From Tubulanus polymorphus (Eukaryota; Animalia; Nemertea), in contig NC_134026.1 of assembly GCF_964204645.1 (NCBI RefSeq), forward strand, positions 4,177,950-4,241,949: a DNA stretch of 64,000 bases. Reading direction: 5' to 3'. The first letter of the stretch is position 1; every line of letters begins with the position of its first letter. Under the pieces are notes generated by a model. That model saw nothing but the letters and a program-made list of their open reading frames with translations. It ran no database searches and had not been told where the DNA came from. A program made the translations under genes and the position numbers. Below, piece after piece: positions 18,741 through 30,447 of this stretch.

Positions 18741-21700
18741 TCATATTGTACCCAAATCATCGGACGCAACACTAGAGCCTTCCATTATGCAAGATTCGGT
18801 AGCATGAAGCATCGAAGTATCGGTAGGCTTATCGCCTGCTTGCAATTGATGTTTAGAATTGAGATCACGTTTTTGAATGTTCGGCTCATCCTTCGCCAGA
18901 CAACTGGGAATCAGCCGTCCCGACGACAACGTGATACATTCCGATGGTGTTTTAATAATATCGACATCAGCTCGACTAATGACGTCACTGCCGTTCGATT
19001 CGGATGCGACCGGGTTTACAATTTCGGGCAAAACTCTGTCGATTGCTTTTACTGTATGGACAATAGAAGCTGAGCGTTCTACCATATTTTCACATGTATT
19101 GATGATGCTTTCTGCCCCGTACTGGGCAAGTGAGCGTCGAAGGCGTAACTGTTCGAGACTCGGTGTCGTGGGCGGCATACGAGTTGGTTTCCAATGTCTA
19201 AATTCGTCGTAAACGTTTTCATTGGCACACGGTCTCAGAAATACCGATATCTTGGATTGTTTCGCAATGTTCATTGTTTTGCTACCCGTACCGCAGAGCT
19301 CTATATCATTCTGTTTTTCTTCAATAGCCTTTTCAATTACAGCTTCATCTTCCTCGGCAACCCTATCCATTACTGGTTTTTCCAACGCTTCGTGAAATTC
19401 AACCAACTCATTCGAGGGAAACGGTTTCTTTCGTCGAAGAACGTCCATCTTTTTGGACACATCTGTAACCCTCTTGGATAAATTCGATCTAAATTTCTGC
19501 AAATTACCCAGCATACTATCAGATATCGATCCTGGCTGACCGATGAAATACACCAGTACCAGTATACCCAACAGACCAGCGATAAAAATAAATATTATTA
19601 ACGTTGCTATTTCCGATAATTGAATATCTTGTTCGATGCCTGCGTAATTTGGAAATCCCAGTAGAGTGACGGCAAATGCCTTAACTAATGAGAAATGTGG
19701 ACCTCTATGCAACATGCAAGCGTAAACTCCTTCCAAATCAGCTTTTCTGTTAACAGACCGGACCTTGAGGATACCGTTGCCATTTTTATCCTCTGCAATC
19801 AGAATGGTTTCGCTTTGACGTACGACGGTATTTTCCTTCAACCAAGTAACGTGTTCGGATGGTTGATGACAGAGAAGCGTCACCGTGCCCTTTTTATCAA
19901 AGTAAACATCTTCATACGACTCGGCCAGACTCGCCAATGCTGATGGTATTGTATCATCAAGACGCCAATACAAAATACTATCAGCCATATCAAAGGTATC
20001 GCTATCAATTGTCACCGTATGCACGATCCCAGAAAACCCACCGATGTTGTCGATCTGTTGGGCAACCGCGCTCCAATCGTTCCGGCCGACGCCTCCCACG
20101 TAGAGAACGTTTCCTGGTTGATAATAACTCGATACTGCCGACACCTGGTAAGGTGATCCGCCGTCAATGCTTATATCGGCGTCGCTGCCTATTATGCGAA
20201 TTTTGACGTAGTACCAAGTTTCGATTTCGACCGGGTCTGTTGAGACACAGTGTTGGTTATCACCGATACAGAACCGAAACCGGCGACGATGTAACTGCAT
20301 CGAGAAAAAATTACCTTTTGTACCCTTATTGTACAAAATCAGACCCTCGAGATCGTGTAAAAGTAAAATAACCGATAATATGATTTCGTTATGTTTTGAA
20401 TGGCCACAACAAGGAAGGATACCATATTCAACTCCATGGAAATGGGGGTACATTCCTTCGACGTCAAATACATCTTTCCCGGTGACTCCTCGACGCTCAG
20501 GGAGTCCGTGACCTTGCCATCCAATTTTGTGTACGAGTAACAATTGTTTATAATTAACACGCAAAATCCCTATTTCGCCATAAAAACCGCGCCTGTTTTC
20601 AGCGCCTCCGACGATCATAGGCAAGTCGAAGTTTGTATCAGGTGGCAGTGTTCGGTCGAATCGTTTTTCGACTGGTGAGTCGTCGTCGATCGTAAGCGAA
20701 ATGCGATACCTGTCTACGTTCAAGTAAAGATCGTGCCAATTATCGGGCGTGAGCTGCTTCGTGGAACTTAATTGCGTGGTGGTTTCATCGACCTTGATTG
20801 ACACGACTACAAACGCGTTCGCGAGCCTCATCGTCAATTCGCTGCACGAATTTGCTTTACATTTGGCTCGGAACCGCTGCGCGAAAATGCCGTCAGAAAG
20901 TGTCGACCTGAGTCGTATAAACATCGACAATACGAGACTGGGTAAACCCCGGGGAGGGTATAAAAGATGTCCAGTACTCATGAATACAGCAACCATTTTA
21001 CTTTCGTCTTCGCACGGAGCATCGAAACATTGTTCAGCGTCAGTTCCAGAACCTTCGCAGGTTTTCCCAGCGCCGACGGGGCTAGGGTTATTGCAGGTTC
21101 GTTTTCTAAATCGGCGTCCGACCATACATGATTTATCACATCGGCTCCATTCATCCCAGTGCGACCAGCTTCCATTAACAGGGCAGGCAAAATTCAAACA
21201 CTCCTTGCTTTGAGTCGTTTGCGAGTTTTCCTTACATTTGCGATTTTTGTTGGATTTCAAACATTCCCGGAATCGGACATGGAAGCCCGTACCACACGAT
21301 ACATCACAAGGTGACCAGTTTGACCAATCAGACCACAATATAAAATCAGCTTCACAGTTATCGTTAACACATTTCCGGGCGTCACGATTGTGTCCAACGC
21401 AAGATTTACCGCCATTTGTTGGGTGAGGTTTGTTACATCTGCGTGTTCGTATCCGTTCTCCCTCGCCACATCCAGCTGAGCAATGGCTCCAATGACCCCA
21501 ACCCGACCATTCACCATCAACCGGACATGCCTGAGAATATTTGTAACAATTCAACACCGACCAGTACTTCTGCCTTTCAGTCTGATTCAATATATTCAAC
21601 ACGTCCCCGTAACTGCAATGATTTGTTATGCATAGTAGTTTCAATTCACGATTCCTTTCATGGAATCTTTCCAGGTTGGCTTCAGCTACCACCATTCCGG

Positions 21701-22262
21701 GGTTATTTCTATTTGGGCAATGAACATTGCATTCTTTTTCTTCGAATAGAAACCCATTACAAGGCAAGCCATTATTAGTGGGCGCGGGATTATTGCAGAG
21801 GCGTTCTCTGCGACGGATTCCGTGACCGCAGGCGATATCACATTTTGACCAATGCGCCCATTTCCCCCACGCACCATCCAATGGACATTTACGAAAGTCG
21901 CTGTCTATCGTGCATTGATACGCCGACCAGAATCTATCCTGGAATTCCATATCTCTGTCATCGGTTCGATCAGCCGTCGACTTCCATCCAAATGAAACAT
22001 GTCCATCTTCTTTTGAAGAACGCGCACAAATCTTCGACATTTTGTTCAGGCACATTTTGACGAACGATGACCTGTCCGCGGCTGAAAGATGGAAAAGTGC
22101 TTGAGCCATAACTCTTGGTAGTTCGTAAAACATTCCATTGCGTACTGCGGTTACATTTATATTTTGTTGGTCGTATTCAGGTCGACGGTGAGAACCATTT
22201 GAGCAAACTTTGGACGATAGCATCAAAAACATGAAAATTGTCAAAACCTTTGAGAATGCCAT
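18741..22262 (-). CDS. Type I membrane protein: signal peptide, Cys module, TSP1, Cys module, 3xTSP1, 2xLamG, Ig-like, TM, about 260-aa tail (about 1173 aa, one coding exon)
   Basis: Signal peptide MAFSKVLTIFMFLMLSSKVCS from ATG 22262. Four WxxWxxWSxCxxxCGxGxRxRxRxC repeats. LamG motifs (DGIF..LANAFV..DNWHDL..MIVGG..GFYGEI; EGLILY..WYYVKI..LYVGG..GFSGIV). Ig motifs (TLLC..VTWLK..GILKV..EGVYAC). TM IATLIIFIFIAGLLGILVLVYFIG. Confidence 0.85.
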   Translation of the reverse strand: MAFSKVLTIFMFLMLSSKVCSNGSHRRPEYDQQNINVTAVRNGMFYELPRVMAQALFHLSAADRSSFVKMCLNKMSKICARSSKEDGHVSFGWKSTADRTDDRDMEFQDRFWSAYQCTIDSDFRKCPLDGAWGKWAHWSKCDIACGHGIRRRERLCNNPAPTNNGLPCNGFLFEEKECNVHCPNRNNPGMVVAEANLERFHERNRELKLLCITNHCSYGDVLNILNQTERQKYWSVLNCYKYSQACPVDGEWSGWGHWSHCSAGCGEGERIRTRRCNKPHPTNGGKSCVGHNRDARKCVNDNCEADFILWSDWSNWSPCDVSCGTGFHVRFRECLKSNKNRKCKENSQTTQSKECLNFACPVNGSWSHWDEWSRCDKSCMVGRRFRKRTCNNPSPVGAGKTCEGSGTDAEQCFDAPCEDESKMVAVFMSTGHLLYPPRGLPSLVLSMFIRLRSTLSDGIFAQRFRAKCKANSCSELTMRLANAFVVVSIKVDETTTQLSSTKQLTPDNWHDLYLNVDRYRISLTIDDDSPVEKRFDRTLPPDTNFDLPMIVGGAENRRGFYGEIGILRVNYKQLLLVHKIGWQGHGLPERRGVTGKDVFDVEGMYPHFHGVEYGILPCCGHSKHNEIILSVILLLHDLEGLILYNKGTKGNFFSMQLHRRRFRFCIGDNQHCVSTDPVEIETWYYVKIRIIGSDADISIDGGSPYQVSAVSSYYQPGNVLYVGGVGRNDWSAVAQQIDNIGGFSGIVHTVTIDSDTFDMADSILYWRLDDTIPSALASLAESYEDVYFDKKGTVTLLCHQPSEHVTWLKENTVVRQSETILIAEDKNGNGILKVRSVNRKADLEGVYACMLHRGPHFSLVKAFAVTLLGFPNYAGIEQDIQLSEIATLIIFIFIAGLLGILVLVYFIGQPGSISDSMLGNLQKFRSNLSKRVTDVSKKMDVLRRKKPFPSNELVEFHEALEKPVMDRVAEEDEAVIEKAIEEKQNDIELCGTGSKTMNIAKQSKISVFLRPCANENVYDEFRHWKPTRMPPTTPSLEQLRLRRSLAQYGAESIINTCENMVERSASIVHTVKAIDRVLPEIVNPVASESNGSDVISRADVDIIKTPSECITLSSGRLIPSCLAKDEPNIQKRDLNSKHQLQAGDKPTDTSMLHATESCIMEGSSVASDDLGTI

Positions 22263-23978
22263 TTTTACGAATGTCGCTTCCGGTTCTGAGAAACAGTTCC
22301 AATTGTTGGTGCATGTGATGTGCGTTGTTGAAACCAACATGGTATTTCAATATGGGAATTAAATGAGGAATGATTATACACCTCTTATTTGAATATATAG
22401 TCAAAATAAATGTATCTATCAGTTTGAAAGGGTTGATTTAGTCGGTACAAAGCAAATTCACATAATCCATACGTGGGTCTGGATGAGATTGTCCAAACTC
22501 GAATAGGCTACAAATAGTGAAAAATATGACTGAACATAGGCCTATTCTGGATCACCATCTATTTGGGGAGGTAGTTGATATTTTTTCATTGTCAATATCT
22601 TTCTCATTTTAAACTCCACACAGACATGGCACGTGCTCGACTTAACCAGCTGATCAGAAAGGCTGACTTCTTTCTATGAGTGAGTCAAGATTATAAATGG
22701 ATACATTTTTTCAATAGCGATATGTCTAATACAAGTCTCGTATTTATCAAATGGATTCTTGCTTTCGTGTTTAGCTTGGTAGCTCGCTTATTAGGCCGAT
22801 TAAGAGTGTCTTGAGAGATGTAATTAGTGCGGCAACCCCATAACGCTTGTACATATGTCAATAGAAAATAAATACATTCGCAAATATACATGTGCAATAT
22901 ATATATTGCGTGCTTAAACGTTGTATGACGTATGTATATTGAAGTATATATTTTAATAACAGAGGAAACAAACGTTGCGTATATAAAGAATGTATCGCCG
23001 TTATTCCATTTTCATATATCGATTAAAGATACGGTTTCTGCAAATATATTTTCAGCAGTCGCATTCGATATTTATGAATTCTGTAGAACCGGGCCCACTA
23101 TACACCCCTGTTAGATAAACATATAAAAATACTCGTTCGTCGTATTATCAGATTTACGTTTGATGCTTTGGATTAATAAGGGTTTTAGGATATTTACCCC
23201 CTCGATGAATAGGGAATCACGAAACAATACAATAAAGTCGAAATTACTCTGCATGTCTTGTTTAGCCACGTTTATTCGTTTCTATACTCGTCTGTTCTTG
23301 CGTTATTGAAAAATTCGATTGTATTCACTGTACGTTGCGCGCAGGAATTTTCAAAAGCTGGCACTGCAAAGATCTTCGAGACTTGCTATCGGATATGCAC
23401 GCTCTGGTGTCGGTTGATCATATATATAGAAACGGGAATATATCTACACAGTCTTCATCATGCGACGCATACGTTCTCAAAGATTCCCACAGCACAATAA
23501 ATAGCGTCGTCGTTATACACGCTTTGCAAATCCCAAATTAATTATACAGCGTTGTTGTAAGTTGAGCGCAAAATGTGATGTTTTGAAATGCCTCCCACGC
23601 GGTTGGACTGAACAGTCACACATAACGCGAGCTATCGCGTTAAACGTTAGATTCAAACATCGTCAGCTGGTATCGGAGCTGATTTCTGAAATTAATGTAT
23701 CACCTGTACCAAGTTTTCCGATTTTTGTCACATGGAAATACAAACAGGCGCTGATAGCACATTCGCTTATGATCGATGGAAATTAATGGATGTTGGCTTG
23801 GCTCTCGGGTCATTTCAGGGAGTCCTCGCCTAGAACTTCCGCAGCGAACGAAGTCGTGCGTCCTCCGATCGGAGATGAAAGCTGATCGCGCTGACTGATA
23901 CATCGAGCCTAGGTAAATGACAGATATACATGTATCGAAACTCGGAATCACAAGTGGCAGTTTCATGTAGGACGGAAT

Positions 23979-26900
23979 ATGTCGATGAAAGATTTGGTTA
24001 CTTTGAATGTAGGCGGTCAAATATTTCTGACCAAAAGGTCTACATTGACTACCATTCCAGAAACCCGTTTGGGCGAACTGACGGAGGACTGTGAACACTA
24101 CGATAAAGATACACAGTGTTATTATTTTGATCGGAATCCTCAGATTTTTCAGTTCATTTTAGACTGTTACCGCACAGGCGAATTTCACTTTCCATCGTAT
24201 CTATGTGGAAGAACTATAACGGCCGAGATGGAATACTGGGGACTATCGAGCAGTCGCATAGCTTACTGCTGTTTACAAAATCGCGACCAGTATATGGCCG
24301 ACGAATCCGTTGTGGGAACTCTGATTCGGGATTGCCTCGTCAACGCTATACAGATCACACGAAAACGTCTCCAAGCTGCTAAAGGATATAAACAAAAACT
24401 GTACAAATTCGGCATGTTTTTGGAATATCCTAGTTTATCGAGACCGGCTAAAGTATGTATTATTCTCAATACACATTTCTATTGAAACAGCGTGAACCTG
24501 CCATTAGAACAGGTATAATGTATTTGTTAATGCCTCTAAACAAAAAAAATTGCCCCCTAGAACGAATCTGCCGACCGTGAATATTCCATATTCATATGTG
24601 AATCTTTGTACGGTCTTAACTAAACCTTCCTAATAAACGCTTCACAAGGGCAAATCACGCACACCAAGTAAAGTGCGCGTTTGTCTATAGGCCTAACAAT
24701 CATTACAGCAGGTTTGACTTGCGGCTTAATTTGATTGGCTGTAGTATGATTTTCGTGATATTTTACTCGGTTTTGTTGGTCGTAGGGCAATACAGATATC
24801 GCATATATCGTTTATGTTGCCCGAACTCCCAAATTCTGCTTCTCCACCCGGTTTAGTTAGATTGACACCATATATGTACAAACAATTGTCGATTCTTATT
24901 TTGAACCTTACGATCATAAAGAGAACTGATCGTGATGAAAATCGAAATCTTAAATTAGCAAATCGATCAGATTAACCAATAGTAACAGGGCATCTCCCCG
25001 TATGGCACAGCCCCTGGCTTGGGGATGTCATTTTCTCGAAATGTATTTATATATTATGTATTTGTTATTACAGAGAATAAAGTATTCATATTCATTAACC
25101 CACATTAAATGGCGGTCTTTCAGGGTTAATATAAAGGCAGTTGGTTTTACAGTGTACATAGCGATCTATCACATCGCTCATAAAATTCAGTACGATTAGC
25201 CGTCCAATATTTGAATGATACACATATAATATGTATCATGAAATTTGAAATTTAATGCGGCTGTATTACCATGTTTCAGTTAATGAACACATGACACAGT
25301 AATGTAAACGCGGGCCAGATAACGGTTCGGATAAATAGAATTCTTGCATACGTAATGTATAAAAAAATTTTTTTTTTAAATACAAGAAATGAATTAATTG
25401 TTTGGATTGAAATGAACGAGGAAAAGGTTTTGCTTCGAATGACCTCCACTCCTATCTATCGAAATGTGAAATATATAGAGAATTAGTGACTTACGAAACG
25501 GAAAATTGTTCCGATATGTATCTTATATACTGCCTACAGGCGATTGGAATATTTCTAATATTTAGGGGGGGGGGCATTTTAGTGGGCCAACCCATTATTC
25601 GGCTTGTCCGGGAATTTCTTAATGGGGACACGCGTAAGAGAACTGGTTTAACGTCACTGTTCATTCCTTCCGGTACCGTTAGTTTAATACGTTTATGTTT
25701 TATCAGCTCAGCTTCGGCTTGTCCTTAACTCGTGATTGAATAACCTGTAACTCGACGATATAACTAAATGTATCACGGTCACTAGATTATTTACCATAAT
25801 CTCCATCTGTGGGCAATTTTCCAAACTATATGTGCCACTTGGCATCTCACAGAAAGTCAAGTGGTGAAAAGAGAGTGGTCCGCGGAAAAGACCAATTTTC
25901 GTACGGAGTAGGTTACCAGCACCGCATAGGGGATTTACTAGATCTTTATAGTCGAATATAATCTTGATGTTTTTGATACCCGAAGGCCCTTTGGAAAAGC
26001 GATTTGTCTCGACAAGGCAATCATAAGCGGTTCATATACACACATTTTGTATTCGATGTGAAAAATGTTTTCGCAAGCGAAATTTCATCTTAACAACACG
26101 AATGGCAGTAACGGCCACGATATTTTGCATCAATATTTCACAGTGCTTACTAGTCCGTATACGAACGTGATAATTAAACTTTTACGTTCTCTTGAAAAAA
26201 AAGTCTGCAGGTCTATAGTCATAGATAGACAGTTGAAAATAGAAGAATGAAATTATGATTTATGCAGCAGTTAGCGAAGTTTGATAAAAATCAGTCGTCG
26301 AAATAATCGACCAAGGTTCGGCGATGTTTAACGGAATATTCGAAAAGCCGTTAGCGAGTATGATTTCAGATATTGAACACTGCGTGGCTGAATGTTTTGA
26401 TAATCTTAGAACATGAAAACCAACTCCAAAGTTTATTAATGCCTTGAAAATAGCACATATATTGCGTAATATTGTCGACAGTGAATAATATCATAATATA
26501 GATCATATAATGTTAAGGATCAATGAAGTTATCTTTATATGAATATACCGATAATTGAATTGAATTGACCGGCAGATATACTCTAATGACGTAGTACACA
26601 TCCTCTAAAGAACAATTATTAGAAATGATCAAAATAGAAAACGAGTTATGACATAAATCTAATTACAAAATAAATGCCAAAATTCATAATTTTAATTGTT
26701 ATTTTGAAATGCCAATATTGATCGACTCACACAGAAACCCCTATGTATTATATAACAGATATTAGGTATCAATAATAAGATAAAAACCCACTATTTAGAG
26801 ATTAAAAGAATTTAAAAACAAGAATTTATTCATTCAATCTAAAATAAATATAAGACACGACGTTTCGATCTCACCCTTGAGATCATCGTCAGGTAATAAA

Positions 26901-29630
26901 TAAATTCTTGTTTTTAAATTCTTTTAATCTGTAAATAGTGGGTTTCTATCTTATTATCCCTTCACCACGTTTGAGTGTGGTTATCGTTCTATAGGTATCA
27001 ATGTATATGAACATTATTGTGACGGTTTTTTCAGCGTCTAAAGAATGATATAGATTAAGACAAGGCCAATATTATACAAGAACTGTGTTCTTTTTTCAAA
27101 AAATAGCGTATTGATACGTTACGATAGAGCAGCTCTTTTGAGACTCGAGTAGGGAGGAGTTCCTATATGACATATTTATCTATTTTATATAATTGTACAT
27201 TTTGCTAGGTTACATTATTAGTAACCCGTTTTTTATATGAATAAATAATAGAAGAACGTGTGCATAGACAATAGAAATGGCGCTATTGCTAAAATACAAC
27301 GTGGGCTGGCAAATGAAAATATTTCAACACGATATGCATCGCTGTAGCATACTTTATCGATGCGTAGTTTTAATTGCATTTTTTACCAAATTGGAAATCT
27401 ATCGACAACGTGCTTCTTATTTGGGTAAACACGAATAAATATAGGGAAATATCTGAAATTTATAAAGCTAGTTTCGTTTTAATAGGTAACAATATTCGTT
27501 GTACGTATGTTTATATATACACGTACACAAGAATAGATAAAACCAGTTTTGGAAGCCTGAACATCAGCTGGTACATTTTCATATCAATTTACATCGGAAA
27601 CAAATTATTGACACCTGTTCAATTAGTAATTAATTGCTGACTACGTTTTTTGTCCCCGATTTTATCTTTTACTTTCTGAATGCCAGGATGATTCTTTCAG
27701 AATAAGAGCGTACGTCATTTTGAAATAATGAATTTGATTCTTTTTGAAATAGTGAAACACACTTTGCTCATCATCATATCAATGTTTTGAATGTGATTTG
27801 ATCATCATATCAAGATTCTCAATGAGCCGTGTTCTTTCTTGATTTAGCATCAATTGATCCAGTGGTGTGGTTAACTTTAACTGTGAATTGTTTTCAGACC
27901 CATTAAGTTGATTTCAGCACCTAGCCAAAACAACTGTTTAGGTCCCGAAAACAACCAAAAAGCCAACGTGGGTTAATGTCCAATACAGTATTTGTATTTT
28001 ATGGGTTAGAATATGACACCATTCGTTGACAGCCTACGCAAACATTGATCACAAAATATCAAGTATCCTCTCAGCGCAGATGGAATGCATTTTGCGAGTG
28101 CTTTATATAATTTAATTGCCAATTTATATGAAATATGTGAAGAAAGAAAATAACAAAATTACTCATCAAAACCGACAAATTTATCGTTCTCTTGAAAAGA
28201 AATATCATAAACATCATCACAAATCCGCTTATCACTATTACGTATATTGAAATATCTGTAAATGAGTGCTTTTATTAACACTTAGAACGTCGTAAAGAAG
28301 TATGCAATATTCTATTGGTTCTTCCTTTCTGTTTCAGATATGGTCCTTAGTATACCTGACCATGGTTCTACTATCGGTGATATCGTTCAGTTTACAATCG
28401 ATTCCGCAGTCAATATTCAGAGTAACCGCTAAACACCTCAAACTCAACGAGTCCGAAAAACCCGCCGTATGGAACAAGTCGCAGCTGGATAAGTTTACCG
28501 ACGTCGCCCCGTGGGTGTTGGGATTTGACGTAACTTTAAACTTGATCTTTAGCTTAGAATGGCTTTTCCGCGCGGCCATAGCTCCACCGAAGTTGCACTT
28601 TTTCCGTTCGAAAATAAACATTGTGGAAATGATTTGCAACATCAGTTTCTGGGTGTACTTCTGCCTCATCATTGTCAAAATGCAGGGCATCTACCCGCAA
28701 TGGGTGGCAAATATACATATCGTCGTGCTTATGCTGCAGCCGTTTCGAGTTCTACGTCTGCTGAAATTAGCGAGAACGTTTCGTCAATTTAACACAATAG
28801 TGCTAGCCATTCAGTCGAGTGGAATGGAATTTTTTATACTAAGCGTCTTCCTAGGAAGCGGGGTTTTGTTTTTTGCTATCGAAATCTACTACGCCGAACT
28901 ATCGGTTAGCGACACGTTCTATACTATACCGGTCGGTATGTGGTGGGCTTTAGTTACTATGACTACCGTTGGCTTCGGGGACCATTACCCGAAAGGCGTT
29001 TTCGGGTATGTCGTGGGCACTGGCTGTGCCGTGACGGGTATTCTCATTACCGGTATGACGATTTCGATATTGACCAGTAAAATCACGACGTTTTATCGTT
29101 ACTCCGATATGCAAAATACGTTCGAGGTTGGTGAAATAAGTTTACCGAAACAATTCTTAATGGATAAAGATGACGAAGAAGATGACGAAGGGACGGCAAT
29201 AGATATGGTATGCGTCGGTAATCCAAAGTATGATAATAATAAAAAGGACAAGTCGAACGGTCATAAGCGTTTTACGATCACAACAACATCGTTATCTGAT
29301 GGCCCAAGTTGCCAGACGAATTACTACTCGGCCGTCGACGAGGACTCGAAAAGTCCGGCCAAGTCGAAGCGACACAAGAAAGGCGAGGGTAAAAAGACCT
29401 GTGACAAAAATACGAAGGTTCACGTCGAACATTCTTTGGATAATTCGCCATCGAAAACGAAAGCTCTGCTGCCGTCACCGCATGATGACCAGTTCACGGA
29501 AGAAGCTGTGACGTGTTCTATGGTCAACGACGCCGACGACCACCCACGAAGTATCTCTTGCGAACCATCTTCGGTCGATGCAGTATCCGTATCGATATCG
29601 GAAGGCGTCTGCTGTTCAAAAGAACGATAG
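23979..29630 (+). CDS. Divergent Shaw (Kv3)-like voltage-gated K+ channel subunit, 2 coding exons, about 588 aa
   Basis: Exon 1 23979-24452 encodes a T1 domain (LNVGG, YYFDRNP, Zn motif H-x5-C-x20-CC). A phase-0 intron joins exon 2 28338-29630, with S1-S6, S4 RVLRLLKLAR and pore WWALVTMTTVGFGD. Confidence 0.9.
26774..26991. mobile_element. Penelope-like mini-element (inverted pLTR fragments plus tail) flanked by an 11-bp TSD
   Basis: TSD TAGGTATCAAT at 26763-26773 and 26992-27002. About 58-bp inverted arms (26772-26830 vs 26899-26957), a hammerhead core between them, and an unpaired tail of about 34 nt on the right. Confidence 0.8.
26852..26894 (-). ncRNA. Minimal type I hammerhead ribozyme core (5' strand of stem I truncated)
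   Basis: Minus strand reads AC-CUGACGA-U-GAUCUC-AAGGGU-GAGAUC-GAAA-CGUC-GUGUCUU. It has the CUGANGA and GAAA cores, a 6-bp stem II, a palindromic ACGU stem III and a GUC triplet. Confidence 0.75.
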
Positions 29631-30411
29631 ATATCGGAGCAAATAATATCTATGCATATTTTGCCGGTTTATGCAAATATTTCATCGTAACATTTTCAAT
29701 CGTCTTCCTTATAGATACATACATAGATTTTTGCCATTTATCACCACCGATGGTGTCTTTTGCCATTCATATTTCATATCTTCTTCAGAACAACGTGTAT
29801 AATGAAATATCTTATAGATTCTTCGAATATCTTTCTATGCCCCATCGTAATTGCGTTCGTTTCCAAGCGGGCGTGCGTAGATGTAGCCCATTAGGCTCCA
29901 GTGCTTATTCGGTTTTTTACTGAACCCAAAAGGTGTCGTGGGTTTTTTGCAGACTTGGCTATAGTTTTGCATTTCCATTTTCTTAATTAGTTTCTTACAG
30001 TTGGTAAATTACTGAATTCGCAGGCAGTAGCTGAAATTTCCGTACATGCATCTTTAGTATTCTTGCTTGATACCTCTTAAAGTAAATATGCAATTTTCGC
30101 ATCATAGTGTAAATAATACAAACATTTTTCGTATACATATGCTCAAATACTTTAATGAAAAATTGGACACTTTTACCTTTCAATTTTGATATATACATAT
30201 ATTTCAAATCGATATTGACGATGAATATCGTCATCTTTTCGATATTCCATGAATGTTGTCAACGTCTACAGTCTATGCACGATATAAGAAGAATTGTCTT
30301 TTCCATATTGTCGTCGTTTCGTCGGTAAAAAACGTGTAGAAAATTTCCATTATCTTTTGTTATAAAGTCTTAAAGTCTTTTTTTCATCTTTTAAAAGACT
30401 TATTAACATTT

Positions 30412-30447
30412 TGTGTGTGCGTGTGTGCGTGCGTGAGTGCGTGTGTG
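30412..30447. repeat. Imperfect (TG/TGCG)n microsatellite
   Basis: tgtgtgtgcgtgtgtgcgtgcgtgagtgcgtgtgtg. Confidence 0.8.

Noticed and set aside
19100-19230. Possible ITAM in the tail of the TSP1-LamG-Ig receptor (ENVYDEF ... AQYGAE), pairing it with the nearby SYK
   Set aside because: The tyrosines are about 28 aa apart and lack the YxxL/I-x6-8-YxxL/I consensus; proximity alone does not imply a pathway in animals.
18804-22060. Numerous plus-strand and off-frame ORFs overlapping the large receptor ORF
   Set aside because: Shadow ORFs of a long coding exon, with no recognisable motifs.
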